In this document: positions 1 to 11,551 of the stretch, piece after piece
Layout: the number at the start of each line of letters is the position of its first letter
How positions within the stretch are numbered: position 1 is the stretch's first letter
The notes under the pieces: generated by a model
The model's database searches: none
The model's input: only the letters and a program-made list of their open reading frames with translations
What the model was told of the DNA's origin: nothing
Position numbers and translations under genes: made by a program
Assembly: GCA_963845755.1 (NCBI GenBank)
Contig: CAWJTV010000034.1
Span: 64,001 to 128,000 of the forward strand
DNA from: an uncultured Planctomycetota bacterium
GTDB lineage: Bacteria; Planctomycetota; Planctomycetia; Isosphaerales; Isosphaeraceae
Reading direction: 5' to 3'
Length of the DNA stretch: 64,000 nt

Positions 1-1917
1 CGAGCTGGCTCTACGGCGTGGCTCGGCGGGTTGCCCGGCGGGCGCGACTCGATCGGGTGCGGCGCGTTGCGTACGAGCGGCGAGGTGCACTCATGGTGGG
101 CCATCCCTCCCGCATGGAGCCGCGAACCGTCCGAGCTGGTCCCGGAGATCCAGGAGGAAGTCGATCGACTGCCGGGGAAATACCGCGAGCCGATTATCCT
201 CTGCTACCTCGAAGGCCTGACTCACGAGGAAGCGGCGAGCCAGCTCCGGATCCCGGTGGGTACGGTCAAGATCCGACTATCGCGGGGACGAGACCGGCTG
301 CGCGGTCGGCTCGTCCGCCGTGGGTTGGCCCCGACTCTGGTCGCCTCGGCCCTCTCGACCTCGACCCGAGGCGCCGTGCCCGTTCCCCTGCTGGACCTGA
401 CGGTCAAGGCCGCGATGCAAGTCGCGGCGGTCCGGGCGGCCGGCGTTTCCGTCGCCGTCACCGCCCTCGTCGAAGGAGTCCTCCGAGCCATGTTCCTCTC
501 CAAACTCAGAACGATCGCCGCCTTTGTAGCGACCTCCATCACCCTGATCGCGACCTCACTGCTGGTCGTCTCGGCGATGTCTCGGCCGGTCCGGTCGGAC
601 CAGGGGCCCGATCCCTCGAAAACCCGTGAGGTGTTGCAGCCTCGCCCGAAGGCTGCGGCCACTCCGACTCCGGACAAACCGGAAGTCGAGAAAACCTTCA
701 CCGTCAAGAAGTCGGTCTTTCATCGGACGACGAGGCAACCGGCGCGCGTCGAGGCGTTCCAACTGGTCAACGTGTATCCCAAGGCTTCCGGCGAGCTGAG
801 CAAACTGAACGTCGATATCGGCGATGTCGTCAAGAAGGGCCAGATTCTGGCGACGATCGATTCGCCCGATCTGCGTTACGAATTCGACAAGGCGAGGGCC
901 AGGGTGAGACAGGCCCAGGTACGAATCAAGATGTCCGAGACCAAGATCCGAGAGGCGGAGGCCGGATTGAAGACGGTACAAGCACAGATCGCGGCTGCGG
1001 AGGCTGGAGTGAACGAGATGGAGGCAGCCCAAGCCTTTCGCGAGAAACAGCTCAAACGGATCAAGGATCTGGTCGAGCGGCACGCCGTCGAGGAGCGGCT
1101 GGCCCTGGAGGAGGAAGACCACTTGAGAGCGGCTCAGGCCGCAACGGTCTCGGCCAAGGTCAAGGTGACCCTCGAGAGGGCCGGGCTGGAGAGAGCGAGA
1201 GCCATAATCGATTCGGCCAGGTCCGAGCACATGGAAGCTGAGGAGTATCTCCCCCTCGTCAGGGCGGACTCGAATAAGGCCGAGACGGCGGTCAATTCCT
1301 GCGCGATCCTCTCCCCGATCGATGGCGTCGTGACCCGACGCAATTACCACGTCGGCGAGTTCGCCCGTACCGCTGCGATGGGCGGCTCGGAACCACTGGT
1401 CACGATCGTTGAGGCGAACAAGCTGCGCGTCGTGGTCTGGATACTCGATCAGGACGCGGTCCTGCTCAACAACGGCGATGCCGTGACCCTCCGGGCGGAC
1501 GCGCGGAGTGACCGCGAGTACAAGGGGACGATCTCACGAACCGCGGTCGCTGAGGATCCGACCACGAAGTCCGTTCGCGCCGAGATCGACCTGGACAATT
1601 CCGACGGCAGCCTGAGGCCAGGCCAGGCGGCGAGTGTCACGGTCAATCTCGAGGATTATCCCGATGTGATCACGATCCCGCAGACCGCCCTCTTTGATCC
1701 CAACCCAGGCAACGGGCCCCTGTGCTGCTATCGCGTCGTAGACGGCCGCACGGTTCGTACGCCGATCAGGATTGGAGCGGTCGATTCCGGCGTGGTCGAG
1801 ATTCTGGACGGCTTGAAAGAGGGGGATACCATCTTTCCCGACTGGACGGTCGTCAAGGACCCCGAACGGAAAGGTGGTCTACAGGGTAACGGCCCGATGC
1901 CCGCGCCGAACTCGTGA
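1..1917 (+). CDS. ECF sigma-70 factor (5' truncated by window) fused to a HlyD/RND membrane-fusion (periplasmic adaptor) domain
   Basis: Sigma region-4 motif LPGKYREPIILCYLEGLTHEEAASQLRIPVGTVKIRLSRGR, a TM segment, then lipoyl half-motifs (VDIGDVVKKGQILATI; ILSPIDGVV) around a coiled coil and a beta-barrel. Confidence 0.85.
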   Translation, partial: RAGSTAWLGGLPGGRDSIGCGALRTSGEVHSWWAIPPAWSREPSELVPEIQEEVDRLPGKYREPIILCYLEGLTHEEAASQLRIPVGTVKIRLSRGRDRLRGRLVRRGLAPTLVASALSTSTRGAVPVPLLDLTVKAAMQVAAVRAAGVSVAVTALVEGVLRAMFLSKLRTIAAFVATSITLIATSLLVVSAMSRPVRSDQGPDPSKTREVLQPRPKAAATPTPDKPEVEKTFTVKKSVFHRTTRQPARVEAFQLVNVYPKASGELSKLNVDIGDVVKKGQILATIDSPDLRYEFDKARARVRQAQVRIKMSETKIREAEAGLKTVQAQIAAAEAGVNEMEAAQAFREKQLKRIKDLVERHAVEERLALEEEDHLRAAQAATVSAKVKVTLERAGLERARAIIDSARSEHMEAEEYLPLVRADSNKAETAVNSCAILSPIDGVVTRRNYHVGEFARTAAMGGSEPLVTIVEANKLRVVVWILDQDAVLLNNGDAVTLRADARSDREYKGTISRTAVAEDPTTKSVRAEIDLDNSDGSLRPGQAASVTVNLEDYPDVITIPQTALFDPNPGNGPLCCYRVVDGRTVRTPIRIGAVDSGVVEILDGLKEGDTIFPDWTVVKDPERKGGLQGNGPMPAPNS

Positions 1918-1949
1918 CGGTCGTCGAGGACCCCGAACGGAACGGTGGT
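1845..1949 (+). repeat. 34-bp imperfect direct repeat (1845-1878 and 1916-1949)
   Basis: gacggtcgtcaaggaccccgaacggaaaggtggt vs gacggtcgtcgaggaccccgaacggaacggtggt, 2 mismatches. Confidence 0.8.
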
Positions 1950-2146
1950 TCATAGTCGGCCCCTGGCCATTTCCCGTTCGCCCCCTCTCCTCAAGCGTCA
2001 AGATTCGCCTCGCGCCTGGCCGATAACGGCACGGAGGGCGGCTGGTCCGGTCTGAGCCGGGGACGGCCACGATTGCGTCCATCTTCTCAGCTTCATCCCG
2101 CTGGGCTTCCGCTTCTTCTCCGTGGGACCCGACCATCAGAGCCGCG

Positions 2147-3611
2147 ATGGAAGTCGCGGTGGTCCGGGCGGCCGCCCTCGCCGCCCTTGTCGAAGGAGCC
2201 CTCCGAGCCATGGTCTCCTCGAAGTTCCTGGTGATCGCCGCCTTCGCGGCAACGTCCCTGACCGTGATCCTGACATCACTTCTGGTGATCTCCGCCTCGG
2301 GGCGGCCGGTCCGGTCGGACCAGGGTCCCGCGCCCATCCGGACGGGGATCGTGGCGAGGGCTCCTCGGAAGGACGCGTCGACTCAGGACGCGGACGAATC
2401 GGAGACCGAGTCCATCGTCACGGTGAAGCGGTCGGACTTCCGCCGGACGACGACGCAGCCGGGGACCGTGCGACCTTCCCAACTTGTCGACGTGTATCCC
2501 AAGGTTCCCGGCGAGTTGACGAGCCTCTCGATCGACATCGGCGATCCGGTCCGGCGGGGACAGGTGGTGGCCGTGATCGACGCGCCCGAGGTCCGTGCCG
2601 AACTGGGGAAGAGCCAGGCGATGGTGGAGCTGGCCCAGGCGCGAGCCCATCGAGTCGGGGCGGCCGTCCGGGTCGCCGAGGCGATGCTGAGGTCGGAACG
2701 GGCGAAGGTGGATGTGGCCGCCGCCGAGTTGAAGAGTAGCGACACGGTTCGAGCCCGTCGCGTGATGGAGCGGATACGAGTCAAAGAGCTATCCGATCGG
2801 AACACGGTGGAGCGCCGGGTGCTCGCGGAAGAAGATAAATGGCTGGAGTCCGCCGAGGAGATGCTCCTGGCCAAGAAGGCCCTGCTCGCCGTCGCCAGGG
2901 CCGACGTCCAGGCCGCCGAGGCCAGGGTGGAGGCGGCCCGAGCCGAGCTGGACGAAGCTCGGGCCGATGTCCGACTTGCCGAAGCGAGCCAGGCCGGTGC
3001 CGAGATCCAGGCCGGCGCCGCGGCGTCATCGCCCCGATCGATGGCATCGTCACCCGCCGCAATTACCACGTCGGCGCAGGCCGTCGGGACCGCGGCGACG
3101 GGCGGCTCGCAGCCCCTCCTCACGATCGTTCAGGCGAGCCAGGTCCGCGTCGTGGTCCGGATCCCTCACGCGGACGCCGTCCTCCTCGACAAAGGCGATC
3201 CCGTGACGTTCCGGCCGGACGCTTTCGACGATCGCGAGTACCAGGGAACGATCTCACGGACCGCGGTCGCCGAGGAACAAGGGAGCGTCCAGGCCGAGAT
3301 CGACCTGAACAACGCCGACGCCCAGCTCAGGCCGGGCGAGGCGGGCTGCGTCACCGTGACTCTCGAGGCGCACCCCGATGCGCTCACCATCCCGGTCGAG
3401 GCGATTCTCGGCCGGCGCGACGGAACCGATGGTCTATTGAGCTGCTATCGCATCGCGGACGGACTGCGCCGTCAGGACGACGATCCGACTCGGGATGATC
3501 AATCGGGACAGCGGCATCGCCGAGGTGCTCGACGGCTTGAACGAGGGAGACGCCATCGTCCCCAACGGGAGGATCGTCGCGGACCACAACCAGGAATACC
3601 CACAGCGGTGA
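2147..3611 (+). CDS. HlyD/RND adaptor paralogue of the upstream gene, sigma part decayed; frameshifts near 3015 and 3465
   Basis: Similar to the 1-1917 protein (RPVRSDQGP, TTTQPG, VDVYPKVPGEL). A sigma-4 remnant with a stop lies at about 1997-2050. The C-terminus continues in other frames (IAPIDGIVTRRNYHVG; EVLDGLNEGD). Confidence 0.7.
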
Positions 3612-3818
3612 GTCCGCGCCCCGCTTCTGAGCGTCCAACGGCCCTCGTCCACGGCCGGGCTCGTTCGAGAAATGCCGTACCAGCCCGCGCAAAAAGCCCC
3701 TCGCGACCGCATCCGACGGTCGGGAGGGGCTTGTCTTTGCTTCGTGTCTCGTTCCGGAAGCCGATCGGAACACGTCGGCGACCTGGCCGGAGGCCCCTGC
3801 CAGGGGGCGCGGCAGGCA

Positions 3819-4610
3819 TCATGCGGCCTGACGCTTGCGGCGAACGCGATGGGCCAGAGCAATGGCGCCGATGACGCCGGCCCAACCGACCAGGGTGGCG
3901 GGCTCGGGTGCAGGCACCTCGGCGATCGTGCCGCCGTTGGGTGCCCAGGCCACGGGATATCCGGTCTGGGGGTTGGCATTCTGGATGCTGACGAACGGAG
4001 TGGAGGTCGTCGCTTCATTCGTGATGACGACAATCGTGCCGCTCTTGGCCCCAGCCTCGAGGGGACCGGTGTTGGAGGTGGCATCCAGGTACTGGAACGT
4101 GAGCGATCCGGTAACCGTGCCGGGCTGCCAGGCGATCGAGGTCGGCGTCTGGACAGAGTAGCCCGCGGCAGCCGCGGACGCGCTGATCCCGCCGACGGGA
4201 CCGTCGGTCACCGTGTAGACCGCCGAACCCGGGCTGGCAGCCGCCCCGAAGTTAGCCGGCTGCGGCGTGGCATTGAATGTCATCGAGGCGCTGTTCACGC
4301 TCGTCGACTGGCCGCTGTTGTCGACCACGTTGTTCACGTCGAACTGGTAAGCGTAGGCCGTCAGCCCAGCCGCCGCGCCGGTCCCCGTGAACACCTGCGA
4401 CTCCACGAGCCCCGGGCTCGACGTGGTGTTCTTCAGCGTGTAATTGTCGGTCAAGACCCCGGTTGACGGGGCGAACAACGAGTTGAACTGGGCAGAAGTC
4501 ATCGTCCCGGGCGTGAGACTCTGGACGATGGCATCGGCATGGACGGTCGGGGTGGCCAGGCTCAGCACTAGACCAGCCCCCAGGGCGAGAGCGAAAGTGA
4601 ACTTGTTCAT
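3819..4610 (-). CDS. PEP-CTERM sorting-domain secreted protein
   Basis: Signal peptide, Thr/Ser-rich body, C-terminal PAPEPATLVGW-TM-RVRRKR. Confidence 0.85.
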   Translation of the reverse strand: MNKFTFALALGAGLVLSLATPTVHADAIVQSLTPGTMTSAQFNSLFAPSTGVLTDNYTLKNTTSSPGLVESQVFTGTGAAAGLTAYAYQFDVNNVVDNSGQSTSVNSASMTFNATPQPANFGAAASPGSAVYTVTDGPVGGISASAAAAGYSVQTPTSIAWQPGTVTGSLTFQYLDATSNTGPLEAGAKSGTIVVITNEATTSTPFVSIQNANPQTGYPVAWAPNGGTIAEVPAPEPATLVGWAGVIGAIALAHRVRRKRQAA

Positions 4611-5237
4611 TCTGGCGATCTTCCAGGGTTGATCTGGGTGGTTCGTCGTACGCGAACCGAATTGAGCGAGTCAATCCATAACTCGACTCGCCATCCGGAG
4701 AACGTCTCCGGACGGGCCCCGCGGGCCAGGCTCACGTCGAGCGCGGGTCGGGGGAACCCGGCAAGGACCTCGGGACACGCCCCGAGCCGGCCCTACTGAG
4801 AGGTTGTGAATGAACCGGATCCCCTGATCCAGATCCCACATTCAATCAAGGGAATACCCTTGCCAACGGGGCTTACATCCCTTGTTCGCGAGGATCCGCG
4901 ATCTCGAATCGATGTCTTCACCGCCTCCGAGTCCCTTCCCTCACCGGCCGCCGGTTCGCGAACACCCACCGGCGGGTTGTCGCCGTCCGGGCGCCCTCGA
5001 CACTTGACCGGTCGCGGCCGCTGTTACCGTCTTCCGACGAGAGATTAGGACTCGCCTCCATGAGCTTGCCTTGGACCCAACGCTGTACTTGCCAAGGCGT
5101 CGCGGACCCTATCAGGAACCCTCTCAGGGGTCAACCCGATTTGGGGGAAGATCGATTCAAGATTTGGAATCGGTCTGCCGAATGATCCTGGCGGCCCTCG
5201 ATCGGCGGAAGGTTCGGCCGATGCAAACGGTCTCCCA

Positions 5238-6127
5238 TCACGATCGAGCGGGCGATTCGAGCGACGGCTGGGTCGGTGACGGATTCACACCGATCCCGAT
5301 CGACTCATTCGACCGGGAGGTCGAGGCCGCAGGCTGGGCGCGGCTCGGGGCGATGGCCGTTCCTGCGGGAGGCTCCCCGCCCGCCGCCGCGGTGGCGATC
5401 TCGGGGGCGGCCGGGCCGGATTCGGCCTCGGCGGAATCCGGCGACGCCGCGTGGGAGCTCTCGTCCCCGGAGGGTGTTTCCCTATAGAGTTCCAGCGGAG
5501 GGAGCGGGACTTCGTCGGCCTCCATGACCGGCGGGCCAATCCGAAGCCCGGCGCGCGCTGCGCCCGGTAATATCGGTACAAGAGAAATCCGCCCACGCCG
5601 AGGGCCGCGAGCAGCGTGAGCCATTGCTGGACGTCGCGGATCCCCTTCTGGATCCGATGGGCGAAGAGCCAGCCCAGGCCGAACATCAGCGACGTGCTCA
5701 GCGACGCCGCCACCAGGTCGGTCAGCAATAGCTTCAGCGGGGGCAGCTTGAGGATTCCCGCTGTGAGGTACGCCGCCGTGCGGAAACCCGGGACAAACCG
5801 GCCGGAAACCAGGATCTTGAACCCGTGCCGGTGGAAGTAGCCCTTGATCTGCGCCTCCCGCTGCCGTGTCAACAGCCGGCGGGTCAACGGCAGGCTGAGG
5901 ACTTTCTCCCCGTAGAAGAACCCGAGGAAGTAGACGACGAAGTCGCCGAGCAACACGCCGACGAGGCAGGTCGCGATGGCCACGGGCCCCGACATCTGAC
6001 CGTTGCGGGTCAGCACGGCGGCCAGGATGATGGGCGCCTCCTCGGGGATCGGCAATCCGAGGCCCCCCAGCACCAGGATCAGGGCGATCCCCACATAGCC
6101 AAGCTGTCCGATCAGCTCCTCGGTCAA
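5238..6127 (-). CDS. DedA/VTT family membrane protein (frameshift near 5555)
   Basis: GLGLPIPEE, GVLLGDFVVYFLG and GRFVPGFR motifs; TTG start after GGGGAG; acidic Pro-rich tail in the adjacent frame. Confidence 0.85.
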
Positions 6128-6299
6128 GTCCGGCTCCCCGCTGCGATGGGTCGGTCGGCATGGCGGTCCGGCCAGCGACGATCTCGAACTGCCGGTATCA
6201 TACCCGTTACCGATCCGTCGGACAGCGCCGCCAGGCCCGATTCGGTCCGTTCGCGATGAGTGCGCGCAGCGGACCCGCGGCCGAAGTCGAGGGGTCGAA

Positions 6300-7982
6300 G
6301 GGTGCAGGAACGCTAATGATTTTTCACGCAGCGATGGGTGCTTGCGTGTCGCGACCTGGCCTGCGCGTAGGGATGACCTGGCCGGTTGCGAATCTGGTCG
6401 ATGAATTCCTCGTCGTCGTTGAGCCAAGCCGCGCGGAGGTTGAGCACGGCCTCGGGGTTGGCGTTGTTGTTCCAGAATTTCTCGCTCCCTTTGGCGGTGC
6501 TGGTTGAGCTGCTTGACCCACGATTCCACCGGGCTGCTGGTGATGGGTAATCCGACCCGGCGGTAGCGCGGGTAGTCCATGGCGCGACTGATTATTCTCC
6601 AAGTAGCCGCGCTCGCGATCGAGCACGCACCAGGGATGGTCGGGGTCGTCTTTGGGATTCGTCGGTGGATCGATCCGGCTTTGGTGATCGGCGATCTCGC
6701 CCAGGACGTCCCCGACGCGACCTTCCCAGCACGACTCCGCCCAGTGCCGGCCCAACTCAACGCCTTGGCCAGTGGCCTTGGCCGCGGCGTGCACGTGTTC
6801 CGCGGCGTGGACGAAATCCAGGATCGGCTCGAAGTCGGCGAAGTGACGACGCTGGATCGACCAGTTATACGGCAGGCCGTCGCTGACGAAGGCCTTGGCC
6901 GTGGCGGTGAAGAAGCCGCGCCGGTCCGCGGCGGCAGCCGCCATCCAACCGAACGTCTCGCTGTCATTCAAGGTGGCCAGCCCGGAGCGGACCACCGGGA
7001 CCGGTCTCCAGTCCGGTTTCTCGGCCGGGGTCGCCGATTCACTCGCCGGTGGCAGCTCGACAGCCGATCCCAGAGGTCCAGCAAAGCACGTGGGGAGGTT
7101 CGGCTGTGGATCGACGTCGGATACCTGACGCTTCATCCGCAGCAGGACGGCCGTCTTGGTCTCCCTCCAAGCCGGCTCGTGGACCCCCGGCCCGTGGTCG
7201 GGTTGGCGCACCTGAATACGACCGCCATCGATCATGACGGCGGCCAACTCGATCGGCGGATTCGCGGCCGTCGTCGGCGTCATCAACGGGCGATCTTTAT
7301 AGGCCGTCGTCCGCTCGGTTTGCTCATCGACTCCGATGCCTCCCTGTTCCTGGCAGAGCGTCTGGAGGTGGCGGGGTGAGATCTTCAGTTCCGCAGCGAT
7401 GCCGGCCAATTTCGCGGCCTCGGCGAACGAGCGGGCGGCGATGGCCATCGCGACCAGGATTGCCCGCATCGTCGGGCTATAGCCGCGGTGATCCAAGCCC
7501 TGGCGCGGTCTGATTGGGGGAAAAAGACCCGCCGGCATCGCGGGCAAGAGTGCCGTGCCTCTTTGAGGGAGATCGGCCCGTCGCGGGTCTCCAGCGGTCG
7601 CTCTTGGATGGTTCCGGCGCAAGCCTGGCCGCAACCGGGACAGGGTTGCTCGTGCTCGGCGGACTCGGCGCATTGAGACGCGGTTTGCTCGCAGAGCAGG
7701 CGTGCCACCTTGCGACCGGCTTCGTGAGCGCGTTGCTCGATGGTGGCGAAGTCGAGCCCCGCACCCGTCTGATCAACCGCGAAGAATTCTTCCTTGACCA
7801 TCCCGAGAAGTCGCTGAAGACGGGCATCCTGGGCCGAATCGGTAGGCGAGCCGCGAAACATGACGATCCTCCATGATCAAGCTATCTTGCCCCAACGTCC
7901 TTCCACCCTATCAAAATTCGTCGAGTTCTCCTATTGACGTTTGGCTACACCCGGATGTGGCGACATTAGCGTTCCTGCTCCC
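6300..7982 (-). mobile_element. ISKra4-family insertion sequence
   Basis: TIRs gggtgcaggaacgctaatg (6300-6318) and cattagcgttcctgctccc (7964-7982), 1 mismatch; 10-bp target duplication aggggtcgaa at 6290-6299 and 7983-7992. Confidence 0.9.
6324..7861 (-). CDS. ISKra4-like DDE transposase (split over frames)
   Basis: N-terminal CPGC/CPRC zinc motif ending in FFP (TTTTTCCCCC slippery run near 7516-7525), IDGG, FVSDG, ILDFVHAAEH, MDYPRYRRVGLPITSSPVES. Confidence 0.85.
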
Positions 7983-8194
7983 AGGGGTCGAAAGAGCACG
8001 CGAGGCGCCCTTGACCGATTCGCCAGGGACGGTTAAGGTCTGGAAAACCCAAGGACGGGTCGAGAGTCGAGGCTTGCGCGATGCGCCAGGCCGACTCAAC
8101 AGTCGGCCGGAAGCCGTCGCCCTGCCGGCCCATCTCGCCGCCAGACTTCGCTCGGAAGACCGCGAGAGCCGTGATCTCAAGGAGGAGACCAGTC

Positions 8195-9805
8195 ATGCCA
8201 TCCCAGGACCGCCGGGCTGCCGGTCGTCGCCGCGCCTGGGGGCGCGGACCCATCATCCTGAAGCTGGAATCGCTGGAACGCCGCGCCTTGATGGCGGCCA
8301 ACTCCAACTCGAACTCGACGCTTCCCGATCTGGCGAACTCCGCGCTCACGGTTTCGAGTAACGTTTCCGACTGGAATCAATCGGTCGAAGTGGAAGGCAA
8401 GGTCACGAACCAGGGCCATTCCGCGACGACCGCCACGCTCCAGGTTGGCCTCTATGCGTCCCCCGTTCGTGGCATCGACAAGTTCTCCGTGCCGGTTGGG
8501 GAAGTCACCATCCCGGCCGGACTGGCCCCCGGTCAGACGGTTCCCTACGAGACATCAATCCAGCTCCCCGCCACGGCGATCCCCGACGTCAGCAGCAATG
8601 GCGGCACGCTCTACATCGCCGCCTGGGTCAATCCGGGGCGAATCATCGCCGAAAGCAACTACCGCAACGATCGCGACCTCGGCCCCCCTTATGACTCTGC
8701 ACCGATCTCGATCCAGGCGCCGCAACCTTCCAATCTGGTCGGGACGACCCTGGCGGTCACCCCGACCGATCCCACCTGGGGCAGCACGATCACGGTGACG
8801 GCCCAGATCACGAACCAGGGTTCGGGATCGTCGCCCCAGACCGAGGCCCTCCTCGCTCTGTCGCCCCAGGGGCTCACTTACGGCGGTTCGACGACCGTCG
8901 GCATCGGCACCATCACCGTGCCGCCGCTGGGCCCATTTCAGACGGTCAACCTGGTCCAGAACATCACGTTACCGGCGGTCGAGCCCCTCTCGATTACCAA
9001 CTACACCAACTTCGGTCTGACCATGACCCAGGATGCCAACTACCTGACCAACAACCTCTACCCGAATCAGCCCGACCAGGGGATTGGATTCGACCAGACC
9101 GCGATCACCATCACGACCAGCACGACGTCCACGGCGACCGTCGGCGCACTCCCGGATCTGGCCGCCTCCTCCATCATCGCGCCCACTTCCGCGGTCCGCT
9201 GGGGCCAGTCCATCCAGGTCTCGACCGATGTCCAGAACATCGGACAAGGCGACGCGGGCTCGTTCCAGGTCTTCTACCTCCTGACCGGCCAGGCCGGCTC
9301 GATCAACGACGCGCTGTATCTCGGCCAGACGGATATCGCGAGCCTGGCCGCCGGAGCCGATGATCCGATCACCCAGACGCTCGCCCTGCCGAATCGCCTC
9401 CCCTCCGGGGTGACGCTCGATAGCGTGGGCTACGCGCGGATCGCCGTCATCGTCGATCCGGATAACTTCATCAACGAGACGCTCAAGAGCAACAACGTGT
9501 CGATCTCCGGCCCGTTCATCATCCGACTCCCCGGAAACCAGACGACCGTGCCCACGAATCCGGCTGCGGGGTCACTCCCCTCGGTGGCTCAAGTCGCCCA
9601 GCAGGATCAAAATGCGATTAAAGCCAAACGCGCCCTCCAGCATGCGGCGATTGTCCACGCGAAGCGGGCCGCGAAACCCCCCAAGAAACTCCGCCGTCGG
9701 CCGGCGCCCAATAGCAACTCGTTGGTTGACAAGACGGTCAGCCTCGCGACGGAAGTCACCAAGCTGCCTCATCAGATCGCCAGCGTGCTCGGAAAGTCCC
9801 TCTGA
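8195..9805 (+). CDS. Secreted/surface protein with planctomycete LEPR-XLL-like N-motif and repeated CARDB-like Ig domains
   Basis: LESLERRALMA; three units with PDL/PSNL...VTNQG/VQNIG; two of them end in NPGRIIAESNYRND and DPDNFINETLKSNN. Confidence 0.7.
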   Translation: MPSQDRRAAGRRRAWGRGPIILKLESLERRALMAANSNSNSTLPDLANSALTVSSNVSDWNQSVEVEGKVTNQGHSATTATLQVGLYASPVRGIDKFSVPVGEVTIPAGLAPGQTVPYETSIQLPATAIPDVSSNGGTLYIAAWVNPGRIIAESNYRNDRDLGPPYDSAPISIQAPQPSNLVGTTLAVTPTDPTWGSTITVTAQITNQGSGSSPQTEALLALSPQGLTYGGSTTVGIGTITVPPLGPFQTVNLVQNITLPAVEPLSITNYTNFGLTMTQDANYLTNNLYPNQPDQGIGFDQTAITITTSTTSTATVGALPDLAASSIIAPTSAVRWGQSIQVSTDVQNIGQGDAGSFQVFYLLTGQAGSINDALYLGQTDIASLAAGADDPITQTLALPNRLPSGVTLDSVGYARIAVIVDPDNFINETLKSNNVSISGPFIIRLPGNQTTVPTNPAAGSLPSVAQVAQQDQNAIKAKRALQHAAIVHAKRAAKPPKKLRRRPAPNSNSLVDKTVSLATEVTKLPHQIASVLGKSL

Positions 9806-10177
9806 GCCGCAAAATACACAACCGCGACCCCGAACCAGACCCTCATGGAAGTCCAGACGTTGCCGTATCCTTCGCCAAGGGTTTCCCAGACCATCCCGAG
9901 GTCGCCACCTTACCGCATTACGAGGAACGCGCAACCCGCATAATCCAAGCATCTTCCGTCAAATTGTCGGGCTTTTCGGATACCAAATTCCCGAACTTGA
10001 GACAAAATTGGAAATAGTCGGGCGATTTATTGAACGGCGCCCTTCACGTGGCTATGCTTGGCACGGTCGACGTGGTCATTACGGCAAAATGCGTAAGTGA
10101 GCCAAGATGGCTGTCGGGTTCCAAGAGGTTATCGGGAATTGACTTGCGGGCAATGTCGCCAATGGAGACACCTTGAA

Positions 10178-10963
10178 ATGACTTACGACCGGCCCCACGC
10201 ACCTCAGAGCTCGACCTCATCACCGACTCGCTCGCTAGTGGAAGCGCGATTCATCCCGCGGCAATACGAGCCGAACTACGCCTATCCCTTGCTGTCGTTA
10301 TTTCATGCGCGAGGGGGCGACGAGGAGCAATTGGTGCGCGCAATGCCGGCCTTGAGCTGGCGGAATTACGTAGGTCTGGCGCTTCGGGGGCCACAGCCGG
10401 TGGTCAAGCGCGACCGACTGGCGGGTTTTGGCTGGGGCCGCGAGTTCGAGCACCCGGACCGTTGCCGGGGACAGCGCCTGCCGGCCGGGGCGGAGGCCGA
10501 CGTGGTGCGCCGGCTCCTCTTCGACCCGGACCCGGAGGTCTTCGATGGACTCGAGGAGGCGGTCTTTTCCGCGATTCTCCAGACTCGTCAACTGCTTCAC
10601 GTCCACTCCGAGCGGATCTATCTGATGGGTTGCGGCGAAGGCGCCGCCGTGGCTTACTGGCTCGGACTGGCCTATCCCGAGCGGTTCGCGGGCATCGTGG
10701 CCATCAACGGGTGGCTACCAGTGGGCCTCCGTCCACTGGGTCGTCTCCGCGCGTGTCGCGACCTGCCGATCCTGGTCGTCCACGGTGCGTGGAACACCAG
10801 GGCCCCCCTTCACGAAGTGCGCCGAAACGTCGCAACGCTTCGTGCCGGTGGGCTTCGCGTCGCCTTCCAGTCCTATCCTTGCTCACATCGCCTGACGACG
10901 CCCATGCTCGCCGACGTGGATACCTGGCTCATGAGCCATTGCACCGGTCAGATGAATTTCTGA
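10178..10963 (+). CDS. Phospholipase/carboxylesterase-like alpha/beta hydrolase-fold protein
   Basis: LFHARGGDE, RIYLMGCGEGAAVAY, PERFAGIVAING, ILVVHG, YPCSH; nucleophile elbow is GCGEG rather than GxSxG. Confidence 0.75.
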   Translation: MTYDRPHAPQSSTSSPTRSLVEARFIPRQYEPNYAYPLLSLFHARGGDEEQLVRAMPALSWRNYVGLALRGPQPVVKRDRLAGFGWGREFEHPDRCRGQRLPAGAEADVVRRLLFDPDPEVFDGLEEAVFSAILQTRQLLHVHSERIYLMGCGEGAAVAYWLGLAYPERFAGIVAINGWLPVGLRPLGRLRACRDLPILVVHGAWNTRAPLHEVRRNVATLRAGGLRVAFQSYPCSHRLTTPMLADVDTWLMSHCTGQMNF

Positions 10964-11012
10964 CGGGTGAACGTGGGGATCGATTGCGCGGGAGCCGGCC
11001 CAGGAAAATGGG

Positions 11013-11079
11013 GATTGGCTCCCGGCCCGGTGTCGGCCCATCCATCTGGGGCCTTGCGCCCTCGGGCCGGGAGCCAATC
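11013..11079. repeat. 17-bp perfect inverted repeat (REP-like hairpin or terminator)
   Basis: gattggctcccggcccg (11013-11029) and cgggccgggagccaatc (11063-11079), just downstream of the hydrolase. Confidence 0.6.
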
Positions 11080-11551
11080 TCCTTTTCCCGCGCACTCAAC
11101 CCCGGTGTGATGCTCACGAGACGAACGGCCGGAATCCGCCGACGGGTAGTCGGGTGCTCCGATGCCCAGAAGCGGAGTCGGTGCGCGCAAATCCGACCAG
11201 TGTGACGAACGATCTTGGGCACCAGCGACGGAGATTGAGCACTCGCACTTCCGGGACTGATGCCTCACCTCGCGAAGGTTTGACGCTGGTGGAACAGACC
11301 GGCGCCGCGGTATCATGTGAGGATGGCGATCGCCCGCGCTGTGAACACCTGACTATCATCGCAGGGGGACGTCTTACAAGTGTCCTATGTATAAAGCCTC
11401 AATATTCCCATCGCATCAACAAAATCCGAGACGTCGAATAACGACTTACCTCAAATTTATGGTGTAAAGCCTCGATTAGTAACGACTCTTTACAGATGAG
11501 CGGCGAGCCAGACCCCAACTCTCAGGCAGTAGGCGACGAGGTACCCTAACC

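Noticed and set aside
4620..4860. Hairpin-rich leader upstream of the PEP-CTERM gene as a riboswitch
   Set aside because: No consensus of a known riboswitch class could be matched by eye.
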